From NCBI GenBank assembly GCA_964035545.1, contig OZ037767.1, positions 13,997,801-14,061,800 of the forward strand: DNA of 64,000 bases, given 5' to 3'. The first letter of the stretch is position 1, and each line of letters opens with the position of its first letter. The translations under genes and the position numbers were made by a program. Origin of the DNA: Bugula neritina. Taxonomy: Eukaryota > Animalia > Bryozoa. This document shows, piece by piece, positions 13,775 to 26,800 of the stretch. The notes under the pieces are model-generated. The model made no database searches. It had not been told where the DNA came from and saw nothing but the letters and a program-made list of their open reading frames with translations.

Positions 13775-16700
13775 GCACACACACACAACACACGCACACA
13801 CACACACAACACACACATGTACTGTAAGTTTTTTCAAAAGTACTTATTACACTTTGTTGAGTTGGAATAAGCAAAAAACTGTGTGAGAAAAGATTAAATC
13901 AGAATAATTTCAAATTCAGCAACTGAACCGAGTATATTGTGTAACTAACCAGTGTATAAGGCTATTTTGTCATACAGTAGTGCCAGCGTACTCTCATACA
14001 AGTTTGTGTTGAACACCAGGGCATCTCCGTACAGCTCCCTGATTTTTGTAGCTAAGCTTACACTCAGTTCTGAGTCTACATTCTCTTCCTTTAGTCTTTT
14101 TTCTTTCTAAAAGGTACCAACAAAACCTTTAATAGTTTTTAAAAAAATTCTTTTTTTGAATTTTTGCACAGCTGTTTCATGGCAATGTCAAACTTACTTA
14201 CTACGTAAACATCTTGCTCACACAAACACACTACACCCTTATACACAAGTTGCTAATGCAATATATAAAATACTGAACTAAATATTAATGACTGCATATA
14301 ATTATTATGTAATTAAACTACAATACCATTAATAATGTGACATAATTCATACAAATACAAGAAAGGTTAAAAATATAATTATAGCAGCAACTATTTCTCA
14401 CAGTGAACCAAACATTTTTTTCAAAACATGTTGCAGAAGGTTGTGCATCAATCAATCATTTAATCACTTAAAATCTTATCATGTGTGGTAGAGCATGTTT
14501 AACATGCATAAGACGCATGGTTGGTCGGCTTGCTATTATTAGCACATACAGTGACAGGCAATATGCTTATTGTACATAGCAACAGTTTCAATAAACTTTG
14601 TTTACCTACAGATAAAAAAATCTGAGAGGTTTGTTTTGTAATCAAATAAAAAAGCTAAACTATTTAGTAGTTATCCTCTTTCTAGAAAAACAAATTGACT
14701 CACACAAGAGTTGTCTTCCTTTGTCCTGCTGGCTGTAGATGGCGGTGTAGTGTTTTCAGATAGCTGTAAATAAACCAAAATACTGATGCTTATCACTATA
14801 TTATATTATATTATATTGTAGTGTAACAACAAATTAAAAGGGTCAAACAAAATAATATCTGCTTGCTATATATAGCATAAAAATAGTGGTAACAATTAGA
14901 ACTATAATATTTATAGAATAACTATTAGATACACACATCACACACAACCGCGCACGCCACTAGCATCAATCAAATCATTCTATATAAGCAGCTTCAAGCT
15001 GGGGGTGACTGAGTGCAGTAGTTTGGTATTCTTGAGTTTATAGTTAAGAGTCCGAAGTTTTAATTTAACCCCTAAATTCAAACTTGAGAATTCCAAACTA
15101 CTGCACTCAGTCACCCCCAATTCAGAGCTGCTTATAGACCAATTCTAATCAACCCAACTCGTGTTAGCCTTAAGACTTACCGAGTTCCGTGAAGGAACAA
15201 AGGGTGCGTTAGACGGGGGTTTCACATACTCGATGTTGGTGTCAGGGAGATCATCAGGAAGGGTGTAGCCTGATTCCCTCAAGAATACAATAGGGGTTTT
15301 GTAGGCTACAGCAATAGACAGCAGGTTCATGCAAACCTGAAACATATGCAAATTAACTTAAGACTACTGGCTACTTTGTGAGTTATTTACAATATGTTTA
15401 CAAATCAACTTATGGTCTACCAATAAATTAGTAGTTCATCTTGCTAGTGATACTTTGTGCCATTGCCTTTTCTATTTAGCCATATAAATATGTGTATAAT
15501 ACTGTATGTTAACAATGTTTTGGATATGCATTTTGGTAAAAAAACTGTGAAATTTGCGCCTCCAATTTTAGTTTGAATTAGATATTTATTTCTTATGGAA
15601 TTAAAAAAAGTGTTAAAATTGATAATAATTTTATTGCTTGCTTTTCAACTTTCTTGCATTTAATTGAAGATTTATCGCAGTAAAAGAATTAGTATTGATG
15701 AAAATATTTACAATAATAATTGATTTGTTTTTTTTTAAATTTGAATAAAAAGCTCCAATAATTAATTATAGTAAAACTTAGACGAGTTAGCAGCTATACC
15801 TGATCTTTGAAGATCTCATCGTTGACTAGCATAACAAACGCTGACCCACAGATGGTGCGGCAGAAGTCCATACTGCTGACTGCCTTAGCTTGCTCCGCTG
15901 TTGGGTTTGTTCTGACACAGACAAACGGCTCTACACAAATATATGTGTTTGTAAAAATAAACACATATAATACATGTGTCTGTGTAGTGCAAATGATATA
16001 AATCGACATGAAAAGACATTCCAGAAGTGATTGTAAAGCCCGTCTTTCGAAGTAGGCTAATGCAAATACCTTATATAAGTTAAATGCCAATATTTTATTA
16101 TATTTTCTTATGTATTATAGTAAATATTTTATTTTATTATTATAATATATTGCATTATATCATTTCATATTATATAATATATAGTATTGTATTTTATTCG
16201 TTCATACTATTATATATTATATTGAATGTTATTATTTTATGATGTTATATATGTAATAAAATAAAATGATAAATCGTAATTTAACATTATAGTATATTTA
16301 ATTTTTTATTATATTATATTAAATGTCATGCTGAATTTTCTTATATTGTATCGTATTATGTTATATAACATTATAATATAATATATTATACTATAGTTAC
16401 AGCAACTCTACTAGTTTTACTACAACATATACTAGTTCAATGTTGTAAGACATTAGTTCCTTAAATAATTAGGCAGGGCATAAAGTTATACAGAATTATT
16501 ATCAACTATATCTAATACAGTAGATACTGTTTTAGCCTTAGCACTATCAAAACAAGTAATTTTTAATACCGAGTTGATCAACAATGAGATGCTTCAACTT
16601 CTGCTGTTTGGAACAAGATCTGTCATAGCAGAAGAAGACCCTCCTTATGGGGTAAGTGTATTCAGAGTTTCTCTGGAAGCTGTCTGCCTTGAAATATGTG

Positions 16701-19700
16701 GCAGCAGTGGGTAGACGCTGCCCAAATCCCTCTTCTATCTGTTTAACATGGAAGGTATAGTAGCATGTTATAGTGCTGCCCGTATATATAGAACAGCAGC
16801 CGTAGTCTAGAGATCACTCGCTTAGTAAACCCGCAGTCACAGGTTTGAACCCCAGTAAAGGCCATTGGTGATGTTAGGAAAATCATTCAGCCATAATTGC
16901 TCCTGTGCCACATATGAATAAGTCCTTCTTAGCCAGCTTTAAAAAAACCCTTTCCATAAGGGTTTCTCACAGGAATAGTGACTAAAAACTTGAGTGAGAT
17001 GTTTTATATAAAACATTTGGACCTGTTACTAATTTGCTGATCATATTTTGCTGACAAAAGTTTTCAAGCAGCAATTTTAAAGTTGTTTCTTGTACATGAA
17101 TGCAGCTGTTTACTTTCTTAATTCAAACATAACAATTTAAAACTTTCCCATAAAATGTTATGTAAGTAAACAATATATAATTCATTAACATCTACATTTG
17201 AGTAAGCTTGCATAATTGTCTTGTATAGCATAAATCCAGTCATATAGTTTAAACAAGCAAGATTACAATTCTAAAAAGTGGTTTGCTAGTACAAATTTAA
17301 AACTTTTTTATCTATATCATTGATGCCAATTGAACACATTAAACTTTGTTGAAAGATCTATAAAAAATACAAAACTTTGTAAAACGTTTTAATTGCTGCA
17401 TGGTAAACCTTATAAATTTGAGTTTCAAAAATTCTGAACTTTACTGTTAGCTTGTGAGCAATATAACAAAACAATTAAAAAATTCCAGCATTATAACATA
17501 ATATTGTAGTATTATAACTTGTAAAGAAACAATAACCTAAAAAGATAATATTTTAAAAACCGATTTTGATTATTTATCAATTGCTATATTATTACTCAAA
17601 ACCTCACAAAAAATATTGTTTTTGTGAGTTTTAGTGCAAAATTAGCAGAATATTTTTTGTAGTAGTATGACAATTACACAAGGTCAGTGTGTAGCATACT
17701 GCATGAATGATATCGAAATAATAGAGTGACCAAGTACCTTGTAACATTCTTTTAAGCCAAACTGTGTTCTTAAAAAGTCATCGTATTTGGTTAGCAGGTT
17801 GTTATTGTAAACTAAAGGCTCTAGGAAATCCCAGAATGGGTCCATCACTCTATCCTGCGGACATTATAGGAATGTATAAATGAAACAGATATACTGCAGA
17901 TATATACTGCATTAGGATGAAAATAATTTCTGCTTTTATGTCTTTTACAAGCTACTAGCTACTTTAAAAACACAAAGTAAACATTTGAACCTGCAACTTG
18001 AAACTAGCAAACATTTTTAAATCCTTCAACAAAAATGCTCTGTATAAATGCTTATTTTTGAATGCATCTTAATTTTCTAAAATCAAAATTTGGAAAAATT
18101 GGTAGCAATTCATTACCAACTTAGTTACTCTAGTCAGGGAAACACAACTCCTTGATTGGCTGGCTGATGACCTCGTAGCAGAGTAGCAAAAAATAAAACA
18201 GTGAATAATGTCAACATTGCAAATTGGATTATTTATACGACAGCCACACATTGCAATACCCAAAGTCAAATTGCAGCTAAGATTCCATGCCAAGTGCTAA
18301 TGGCTAACTTACTGCCAAAAAAATTTATGAGATAACTCAAAATAATTTTCATTTGCTGGCATGCTTCATGTATGCACTGTGAAGACTCAACATTGTTAAT
18401 TTAATAAATTTGAAATAGATTCAAGAATTTTATGGATTACTCTTCTCAAGTTTTCTATTAGTTTAAATAAAATATTAGATTACTAAATATACTGTGGTAT
18501 TACAAGTCTTATTCTGTGTACTCTAACTTTAGCTAAAAATCTTTCATTGATTTTTTTAGGAATCACTTTTGATTAGTCAACATTCTACTAAAATTTAGAG
18601 TATAAAGCTACAGAGTAACTTACTTGTATCAGGTTGGGGTATCTCTGGACGTATCTTAATGACTGGTTCAGATACTCCTGGTGTTTCCTCAGCCATTCCA
18701 GAGCTCCACCGTATGCAGACCCACCAGATCTTTAACACAAGATGCCAATTTCAGTTAATTCTCAATAGAATTTCTTTTTATAGAAATACCCAATAACATA
18801 ATAAGTGAAAACAATAAACTTAGCTTGAAAAAACATTGTAAGGGATGGAAATTATTTTCTATATGCCGTAATGTGCTCGTGTGCAGTGTATGCAGTGTAT
18901 GCAGTGTATGCAGTGTGTGCAGTGTGCTGTGTGTGTGCAGTGTGCAGTGTGCAGTGTGTGCATGGTGTGTATTGTTCAACCTTGACATTGAACTGGTGAA
19001 CATGGCTAACAGACTAGCTGCATTTCGACAATTTAATTAAATCATCAAAATTTATTAGAAGTTTATTAGATCATGTAGATGTTTAATGAAACTATCGCCA
19101 TAAAGCAACTTTCAAGGCAGCCTTATAAGAAAATGTGACCAGATTAAAACACAACATAACGTAATATCAAGCTTTTAATTAGTTTTTAAGAAACTATTTT
19201 ACTGAAATATTTATTTATAATAATATTAGTTTCTACAGTTTGGAACTGGCCAATGGGCATATTTTAGAAACTTGTGCTACAGACTCTTACATACATATTA
19301 TTGGTTAGTATACAGGTAGTACGTTATATTATGGCTTGTTGGCTAGTTAGTATATAGTCGCAATAGTTCTACCTATAAATGGTGTGCTGCGTTTAATTCA
19401 TAGAATCCAATTACAGCCTTGCTTTCAAGTAAAGTGACAACATTGCAACTTGACAATTTCCAACCAATAAAAGAAAGTCAAATAAAAATCACAATGATAT
19501 ATACTGTAATAGTTGTACGCATGCAGCTATAGATAGCTCATGTATTGATCAAAATTAGATTTCTCATTTGATTTTTTACATGTATAGTTATAGCTATTTG
19601 ACACATAGAATAAACTAGCTGTCTGCAGTGACGCAATGCATTTATATGCAATTAACAGAACGGATATTGCCCATTTACAAATATTATTGATTTATGAATT

Positions 19701-21766
19701 GTACACATTTAAGTCATGGGCTCTTTCTACAAAAGTTTATGAAGCCTAACTTGTGAAGTAAACTTTTCCTCTATTAAATTTTTCATTTTATATAAGTTTT
19801 TATGTTTAAAATATTTAAAATTATCTAGAACAAAAATGTATAAATATTTTTCATTACATAATCAAACTAGGACATAAATTAGACCATTGCCTATATCTGC
19901 TGACACCTATGGTATACCTATAACTGATGAAATTCCCTATGTACTATATCTATAAATGCTACATCTTATGCTAGCACCTTGTACATAACTAATTCCTATA
20001 CTTTACCTATACCATAACTCACGCAAGTTTATAGTCACTATTCCTGTGAGAAACCCCTGATAGAAAGGGTTTTTGTTAAAGCGGGCTAAGGACTTATTTA
20101 AATGAGGCACAGGAGCAATTATGACTGGATGCTCTTCCTAACATCACCAATGGCCTTTGTCAGGACTCGAACCCATGACCTTCGTGTTTACTAGGCAAAC
20201 GCTTTAACCCCTAGACCACAGCTTCTCCCTTTTTTTACCTATACCATACATATACTATTTATACTAGAACACCTACAATAAAACCTATACTATCTATACC
20301 TATACAATATTTATAATACGTGTTCAGGGTTAATGTAACAATAGCATAAATTTATAGCTGTTATAGTAAGCTATGTGTACTGTGAACAGGTGAGTTGTGC
20401 TATGTTAGGATAGTCAGATAATAACAGTAAAAAGCCCTTGAAACCCATAATTAGTCCCAGAATGCAATTTATTACCCAATGAGATTTTTATTTACATACT
20501 ACGCCAAAGTCTAGAAAATTCTATACCTCTTTTATAAACTTTGAATTTTAAAATACAGCTTTTTAAGAAATTACATAGACTCTTTCAAGATATTTTCACC
20601 AAAGTCACACTTTCAAACAGCTTTGTTTTTACATAGCTGAAAATTATTTGAAGTAATTTAAAGGTTTAAGGTCATGTAAAAAATATTTGCTAGTTGTACC
20701 AATTGAATTTTTGAAAAAATACTTCAAATAGTCAAACCTCTCATTTTAAATCTAAAAATGCAAGAAACCTTCAACTTGCAAATTGACTAAATGTCACACT
20801 ATATATAGGAGCTAATGGAGAATTGCAGCACCGCAGTTGCTACAGAGTAAATCGGTGATAAGAAAGTGTTGTATTATAGCTTTGTTGTTAAACAGACTTT
20901 AAGAGAAAAAGCCCTGTAAAGCTTTCAAATAAAAAGCTAATGCTTTATGGACATACTGTTTGGGACTCTCTCTTTGTGAATCAACCTAATTTAGCATGTT
21001 TTGTGTTAAATAAAACTTATTCATTTAATACTACAGAAAGTAGCAACTTACCCAATGCTGTCTCTGGGGTACGTTGCGCCGTACATAAACGTAGGCAGCT
21101 TTCTGCTCTGTCTGTGTCTAGAATCGGGAAGATCCATGATTTGATTAGCCGTTGAGTTGAGAGACAGCTTTACCATGTGGCAGTAGTCAGCATTGCTGAA
21201 GGCAAATATAATAATACAAGTGTAGTCTATTCAACTCTCTGAATGCTATAATAAGAATGTATTAGTACTATTATAATGCAATTACAATCATAATATTTAA
21301 ACAAGTTGATTGCTGCCTTACATTGTGCTGCCTGTTTAGCAGCAAGGAATGTTTAGTATATTATATTATAATGTAGCTGCGTTGTGTTTGTCATAAAACA
21401 AAGCAATAAATGGATGTAAATTTAAATTAAATAATAGATAGTTATGTATAATATACATAGCCTATGGCTACAGCTGTGGCTTTAAAACCAACATCTAATT
21501 TGCTGAAAGTTTCACTAGGGGGGGGGGGGAGGAGGCCCCATAAAAAGTATACAATTATTTGTACAATAAAATTCTGCTTATGCATAAGCAACTAGACTCA
21601 GAATAATAATAAACCATCTATTTAACTAAATTTCTTTTTTACAGTTATAATGGTCCGCAAAAGATATTTGTTTTTATCTAAAATACTTGATGTCTAGATT
21701 AAGAATCTGTAGATTATAATTATACCCTGGTAGGTTTGGGCCCAGTCTTTGAGATGAAGAAATCAT
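12155..21766 (-). CDS. ~553-aa protein with a degenerate TIR-like domain and a Ser/Arg-rich disordered C-terminus; exons 21766-21726, 21195-21052, 18729-18624, 17854-17738, 16738-16570, 15930-15800, 15336-15181, 14763-14704, 14106-13950, 13218-12952, 12468-12155
   Basis: All introns GT-AG with continuous phase and no stops; RRVFFCYDRS...FVMLVNDEIFKDQVCMNLLSIAVAYKTPIVFLRESGYTLPDDLP...ALVFNTNLYESTLALLYDKI follows the TIR_2 strand/helix pattern; start codon tentative (a further upstream exon is possible). Confidence 0.75.
13535..13817. repeat. Compound (CA)n/(CACG)n microsatellite
   Basis: Read directly; a similar tract lies at 48257-48380. Confidence 0.95.
14983..15137. mobile_element. ~155-bp palindromic MITE
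   Basis: tataagcagct..gggggtgactgagtgcagtagtttgg pairs with ccaaactactgcactcagtcaccccc..agctgcttata. Confidence 0.8.
16794..16992 (+). mobile_element. ~200-bp tRNA-headed SINE, family 1
   Basis: A/B-box-like head followed by the ggtgatgttaggaa...ataattgctcctgtgcc body shared by 8 copies in the window. Confidence 0.8.
18880..18962. repeat. (GTGCAGTGT)n-type 9-bp microsatellite
   Basis: Read directly. Confidence 0.85.
20023..20229 (-). mobile_element. SINE family 1 copy
   Basis: Full-length match to the other copies. Confidence 0.85.
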
Positions 21767-23833
21767 TGTCAGTTTTGACTGCGGAGCACAACTTTATGGT
21801 GAATGTTATGTGTATTATGTATTATATCAATGTTGGCTTTCTTTGTATACTTTTCTATATATACAATTTATTGACAACACTATATTCTACTTTGTAAATG
21901 ATTTTATGCAGTTTTTCAATTTTATTTTTGAAGCATTTAGCATATTTAAAAAGAATTTTAAACAATGCATTACTTGAGAGTTTTGCTTATAAGCAATGGC
22001 AGTGTAAATATTAACACCATTAATATTACTGTTAGCTAATAACCAATTTATTATTATAATTTAATTATAAAGCCAGTATTTAGCTTAAAATGTACAAGTA
22101 ATACTTATGGTAGAAGAGGGAGGAGGGGGGGGGGTAGAGAAACCCAGTTTGGTTTACAATCTATAAATCAAGTTTTTTGCATTATTTGTTTTAAAAAATA
22201 TTTTAAACTACATACCTGCATGTTTTGAAAGATTTGGTTGAACCCTTAAAATCTTAAGTTATGCAATGTTAAAGACCATGCACTTTAATAATACCAGAGT
22301 GAGGTAATGAGCAGTGTGTTAGTTGTATAAACACTTATACTGTTTAATTATACGCTACTTGGAAACGACAACAGTTTACGTTGTAATCTATTATTTGAAA
22401 GGTCATTGATGGAGAATTGATTGAAGTAATAATCAGATAAATTGAAATCAATGCCAACTAGTTAAATAAATTCCTGAAAATTAACACCCTAATCAGTACC
22501 CTGTATAAATTACTTCTTGTTCAAAGTTAATTCAAAAGAGCTGTTTTATAATAATAGTTTTACAGTAGAGTAATTGTTGAAAGAATGGCAGTAGGGGGTA
22601 GAGAGAGGCTAGGGGAATGGGGCCTAGGCTATGCCGCTATTGTGCAGGGATCTAAGAATCATAAACAATGTTAGTTTTCTATCAAAATAACTTGTTACCA
22701 GCACATATTATATATTTTTGTGATGTCTGTGTTATATGGCAAATCTATTTGAATTTGAGCCTTTTAATAGCATGACTTTTATGATTGCTAAAAATTTATC
22801 CATTTCCCTTTTTGCTTCCTACAGACGCTCAATTGTTGTGTCAAATTGAAAATGTAACTTCTTTTGGATTTATATATTTGTTGCATTCATGAATAGCTTC
22901 TAGGAAAACTCATAAATAATTTTTGGGACTATATTCAAGTATAAGTCAAGAATACAAAGGTAATATTATTATGGCAGGTAAACTTATTTTACAGTTTTAG
23001 TGAATAGTTTATAATACACGGAAATAATTCAGTTTTTTAAACTCAACTTCATATAAAAGTTTTATTTCCAGCTCATGGAAATTGAAAGATTAGCAACCTA
23101 GAGATCTAAGTAGCTCTAAATATGCCTTTAAATAAGTTACAGAGTATAACTATGTAGAGATAAATAGGTGTGAATATGCACGTGGATCTACTAGTCCAAA
23201 ATTATTAATATGGTGCTTTGCTGTGCAATTTTTAAGTATTTAGAAATTTTTCTATGATCTAATCACAATGTATATAATTACGTTTAGAAAGTCAAATAAA
23301 AAACTAATAGAATTGAACCTAAAATTTGTTTTCCAAAATATTTTTAACAACTATAATTTAATTTAATTAAATTTCACTTTTTTATATAGATTAACATCAT
23401 CTATGTTTGTAGTTTTTTGTGCGTTGTTAATCATGCATATTTATAAATATAAACTCAATAATAGATTGAAATGCAAGAGAGCATAACTTTATATTTTTTT
23501 AAAGAAGTTAATTAGATTAGTAACTATTTCATCAACATGTATACCCATAGCTCCACATTAAAGTTCACGTATTCCACAGTCATTGTGTAGACCCCAGATT
23601 TTATAAAATGACCCCAAGTAATACCAAAGATCTCACTACATTCACACAAAACCAACCACACAGCTCCGAGCGGACATGTTGAAGTTATAAGCATGCTGAT
23701 GTGTCTTAAAGCAAAAAGTAGAAAATATGCAAAGTAAAAAAATATAGTCCAAGGCTTATGTTTCGTAGGTTATTTGCTCATTAGTCCGTAGGTTGTTCAT
23801 TAGTCCGAAACCCGTGTATATTTGTCAGGAAGT

Positions 23834-26800
23834 TTAGAGGTACAAATAAACTGGCTGGTCTCCAGTTTCTTTCGAGAGTAAAACTGTGTTCCTGGAAACC
23901 ACTTTGTCGTCAGAGGCCCTTAGGACGGTGAGTTCGTAAACTCCGTGGTACAATGACTCCGCTGGCATTTGGACTGTTTCACTCGCGCCGATGTTGAAGG
24001 TAGCCACTTCCTTTTTGAATGTGAACAGCTGAGCTGCTCGACTCTTCAGCATATTTCCGGCTGCATTTGGCTATAATAGAAGTTGTGAGAAAACATAAAA
24101 CCAACTTTGATAAAATCAAGCAGTTGACAAAAAGGTGTAGAAGATTTAAAGAGTTTACTAACTTATAGGCAGCTTACGTAAAAATATATCTTATCTTTTA
24201 AGTACAAACTTTGGGTGGGCCTCAAGTTTCAAGTTCACCATTATGACAGTAGCAAAATCTGTTTTCATTAAACTTGAGTACTTATTTGCTAGGATATGGC
24301 TTTGCATATAGTGGCATTTTCTTTTAGCTTTACAAAAGCACCTTATATATACGTCTTGTACCATTTTCTACATACTGCATGTAAACAGAGACAGTTAGTA
24401 TACGACTTACAGTTAGTTCGTCATCTTCAAAGAAAGCCACATTTTCACCATCAATATGGCCGTCCCAAAAGTCTGCTAGCATCAGCCCTTTGACATATTG
24501 TTGACTACAAAATATTGAAATATTGTTGAGAGTTATTCTCTTCTAGTTGAGCTCTCTGGAATCCTAAGCAGCTGTTTATATCCTATAGTAGAAAGGAGGG
24601 ACAACTCTAAATATTCATATAGAGTTTATTATATCATACATATATTGTTTTACTTATTAGGGCAGAAAGCCATGTATTCAATTTACACAGCCCAAAAGAA
24701 TAATTTCTATTAATGTGTTATTTAATTATTATTTTAAAAAATCTGCTTTCACAAATATAAAATTTTTGCCAACAGTCAATTAATACTATTATTATGGTGA
24801 CTATAAATACTGTCCTTATATTTAATGTACGAGTAGCAGGTGATTGAGATCAAACTGATAATGACTGGAAATGTGACAGATCATGTAAAGTGTGTGACAA
24901 GTGGACACAAACCCCATAACTAGGTCCAGAAAATCACTGAAAGTCTGAGCTCTGGAGTTTGTATCATTATTTGAATATTTGTAGCTTGTGATCCAAATAG
25001 GAAGTTTAGCCTCAGCAAGTCGTTGAAGACGATGAATGAGGAGGGAGGATGAGGGAAGGGAGTCAGCGTTCAATTGTACACCGATGCCGTGAATTGGAGC
25101 ACCTGCTTTCCTCAGCTTCTCTACCCTTCGCATGACTTCCTGTTTGTAAAATCAAAATGTCAGAAAATGCAGAACGTAGTTGAAAAAATATTTGCCCTCA
25201 CCAAGATTCGAACCACAATCCTCTGGTTTTGCAAGCAGGCTTGCTAACCATTACACCAGAGGACCACTAAGTTAAAACAACACTATAGTTGTGATACTTT
25301 GTAACTTCTTCATCGTCAAAATGAACTCAAACTTATATATAACTTGTTTAATCAGTTAGTTTAAAATTATCGAAAGGTTTGCAAATTTAGATTTTTTTCT
25401 AAAGTATATGGCAAAATAACTTTAATGAAAGAAATGTAACTTGTGCAAACTTTCTTAAAGCAACATACAGAGTGCATAGCACGTGTTTCTATATTTAGTT
25501 GCTTATACATTCATATTTTATTGCTGCAAAAGGGATGGAGCAAAAATCTTAAAAATATAACAACTACTATTTAAAACCTCAAAATATTTGTTAAGAAAGT
25601 TTTAATGCAACATTTTAGATCATTTCTTTTGCAAAATAAACGAACTATTCAAAATCTTAAAACCGGTCCCTATAAATGATTACAACAGACATCAATTAGT
25701 TGACCCTATACAAACTAAAAAAGTCAAAATTAAAATGTTATAGTTTCAGATTATTATTGTATTCTTTTTGCTAACATTATATAACTAAGTTTAACATTGC
25801 ACTACTTAGTAATGTTAAAATACCAAGTAATATAATATTGCTATATGCCTAAAATAAGTCCTTTCATTTAGACACATTGTTAAACTTGTACTTAAAATTT
25901 ATATACAACTTACAGCAATTTTGTGTGCATTGGTGGTGAGTAAATCTTTTTCATTTATCAACAGATTAGCTGCGTAATCAACATCTCGAGCTCTTCTGTA
26001 GAGGTCAGTGTTGATAGCATCAGATCCATAAATGTCATTCAGGAAGTTGGAGTCGGTTACCATGTTGTTCGTCACAACCCAGTTCACACATCTATCAGCG
26101 TAAAAGTGTAGTAATTAGCAACATTGTTGCAACCAAGTAGGTATTATATACCAATATGTGACGCAGTTGACAGCAACTTTGATGGAACTTTGTTTTTGAT
26201 TCTAATTAATTTATTATTATTCTATTTAAGTTTGGCCTTAGACATTTTTCAGGCTAGAAATTAAAAACTTGAGTTGATGTTTCAAGCAATGCTATATAAA
26301 TATAAAATGTGCCTAATAACTATATTACGGATTGTGAATTTAAGCATTTTGATGTATATCACACGTCAATGTATATATTATGTAAAATATAAAAGTATAT
26401 ATCGCATATTATCAGCTAGTTGAGCTGATATTTGCTATTTGAACTCTTTCTGACACAATTACGCAAGTTTTACTTGCAAAACCTTTTGAGACAGATATCT
26501 TCGAGATAAAGTTTATTAGTGTGGCTATGATGACTCACCAGTCCTTAGAAAACTACTAAAAGTTGCTTAACTCATTGTACAGAAATCAAACCAAAACTCA
26601 AGCTCTCACCATGTTATGCAATTACTAAAGTATATATCATGCATATTCTCATACAATATTTGCTTCATGCACTCAATATAATCATATATAACTGTTAGGA
26701 ATCTAGTAGTCTGGTGGTGTAATGGTTAGCTCGCCTGCGTGCAAGCCAGAGGTCTTGGGTTCGAATCCCAGTAGAGGCAAAAGTTTTACAATGGCCTAAT

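Noticed and set aside
13502-13874. His/Thr- and Cys/Val-rich ORFs (also 48208-48423, 43200-43445, 38014-38259, 41870-42172)
   Set aside because: Translations of microsatellites
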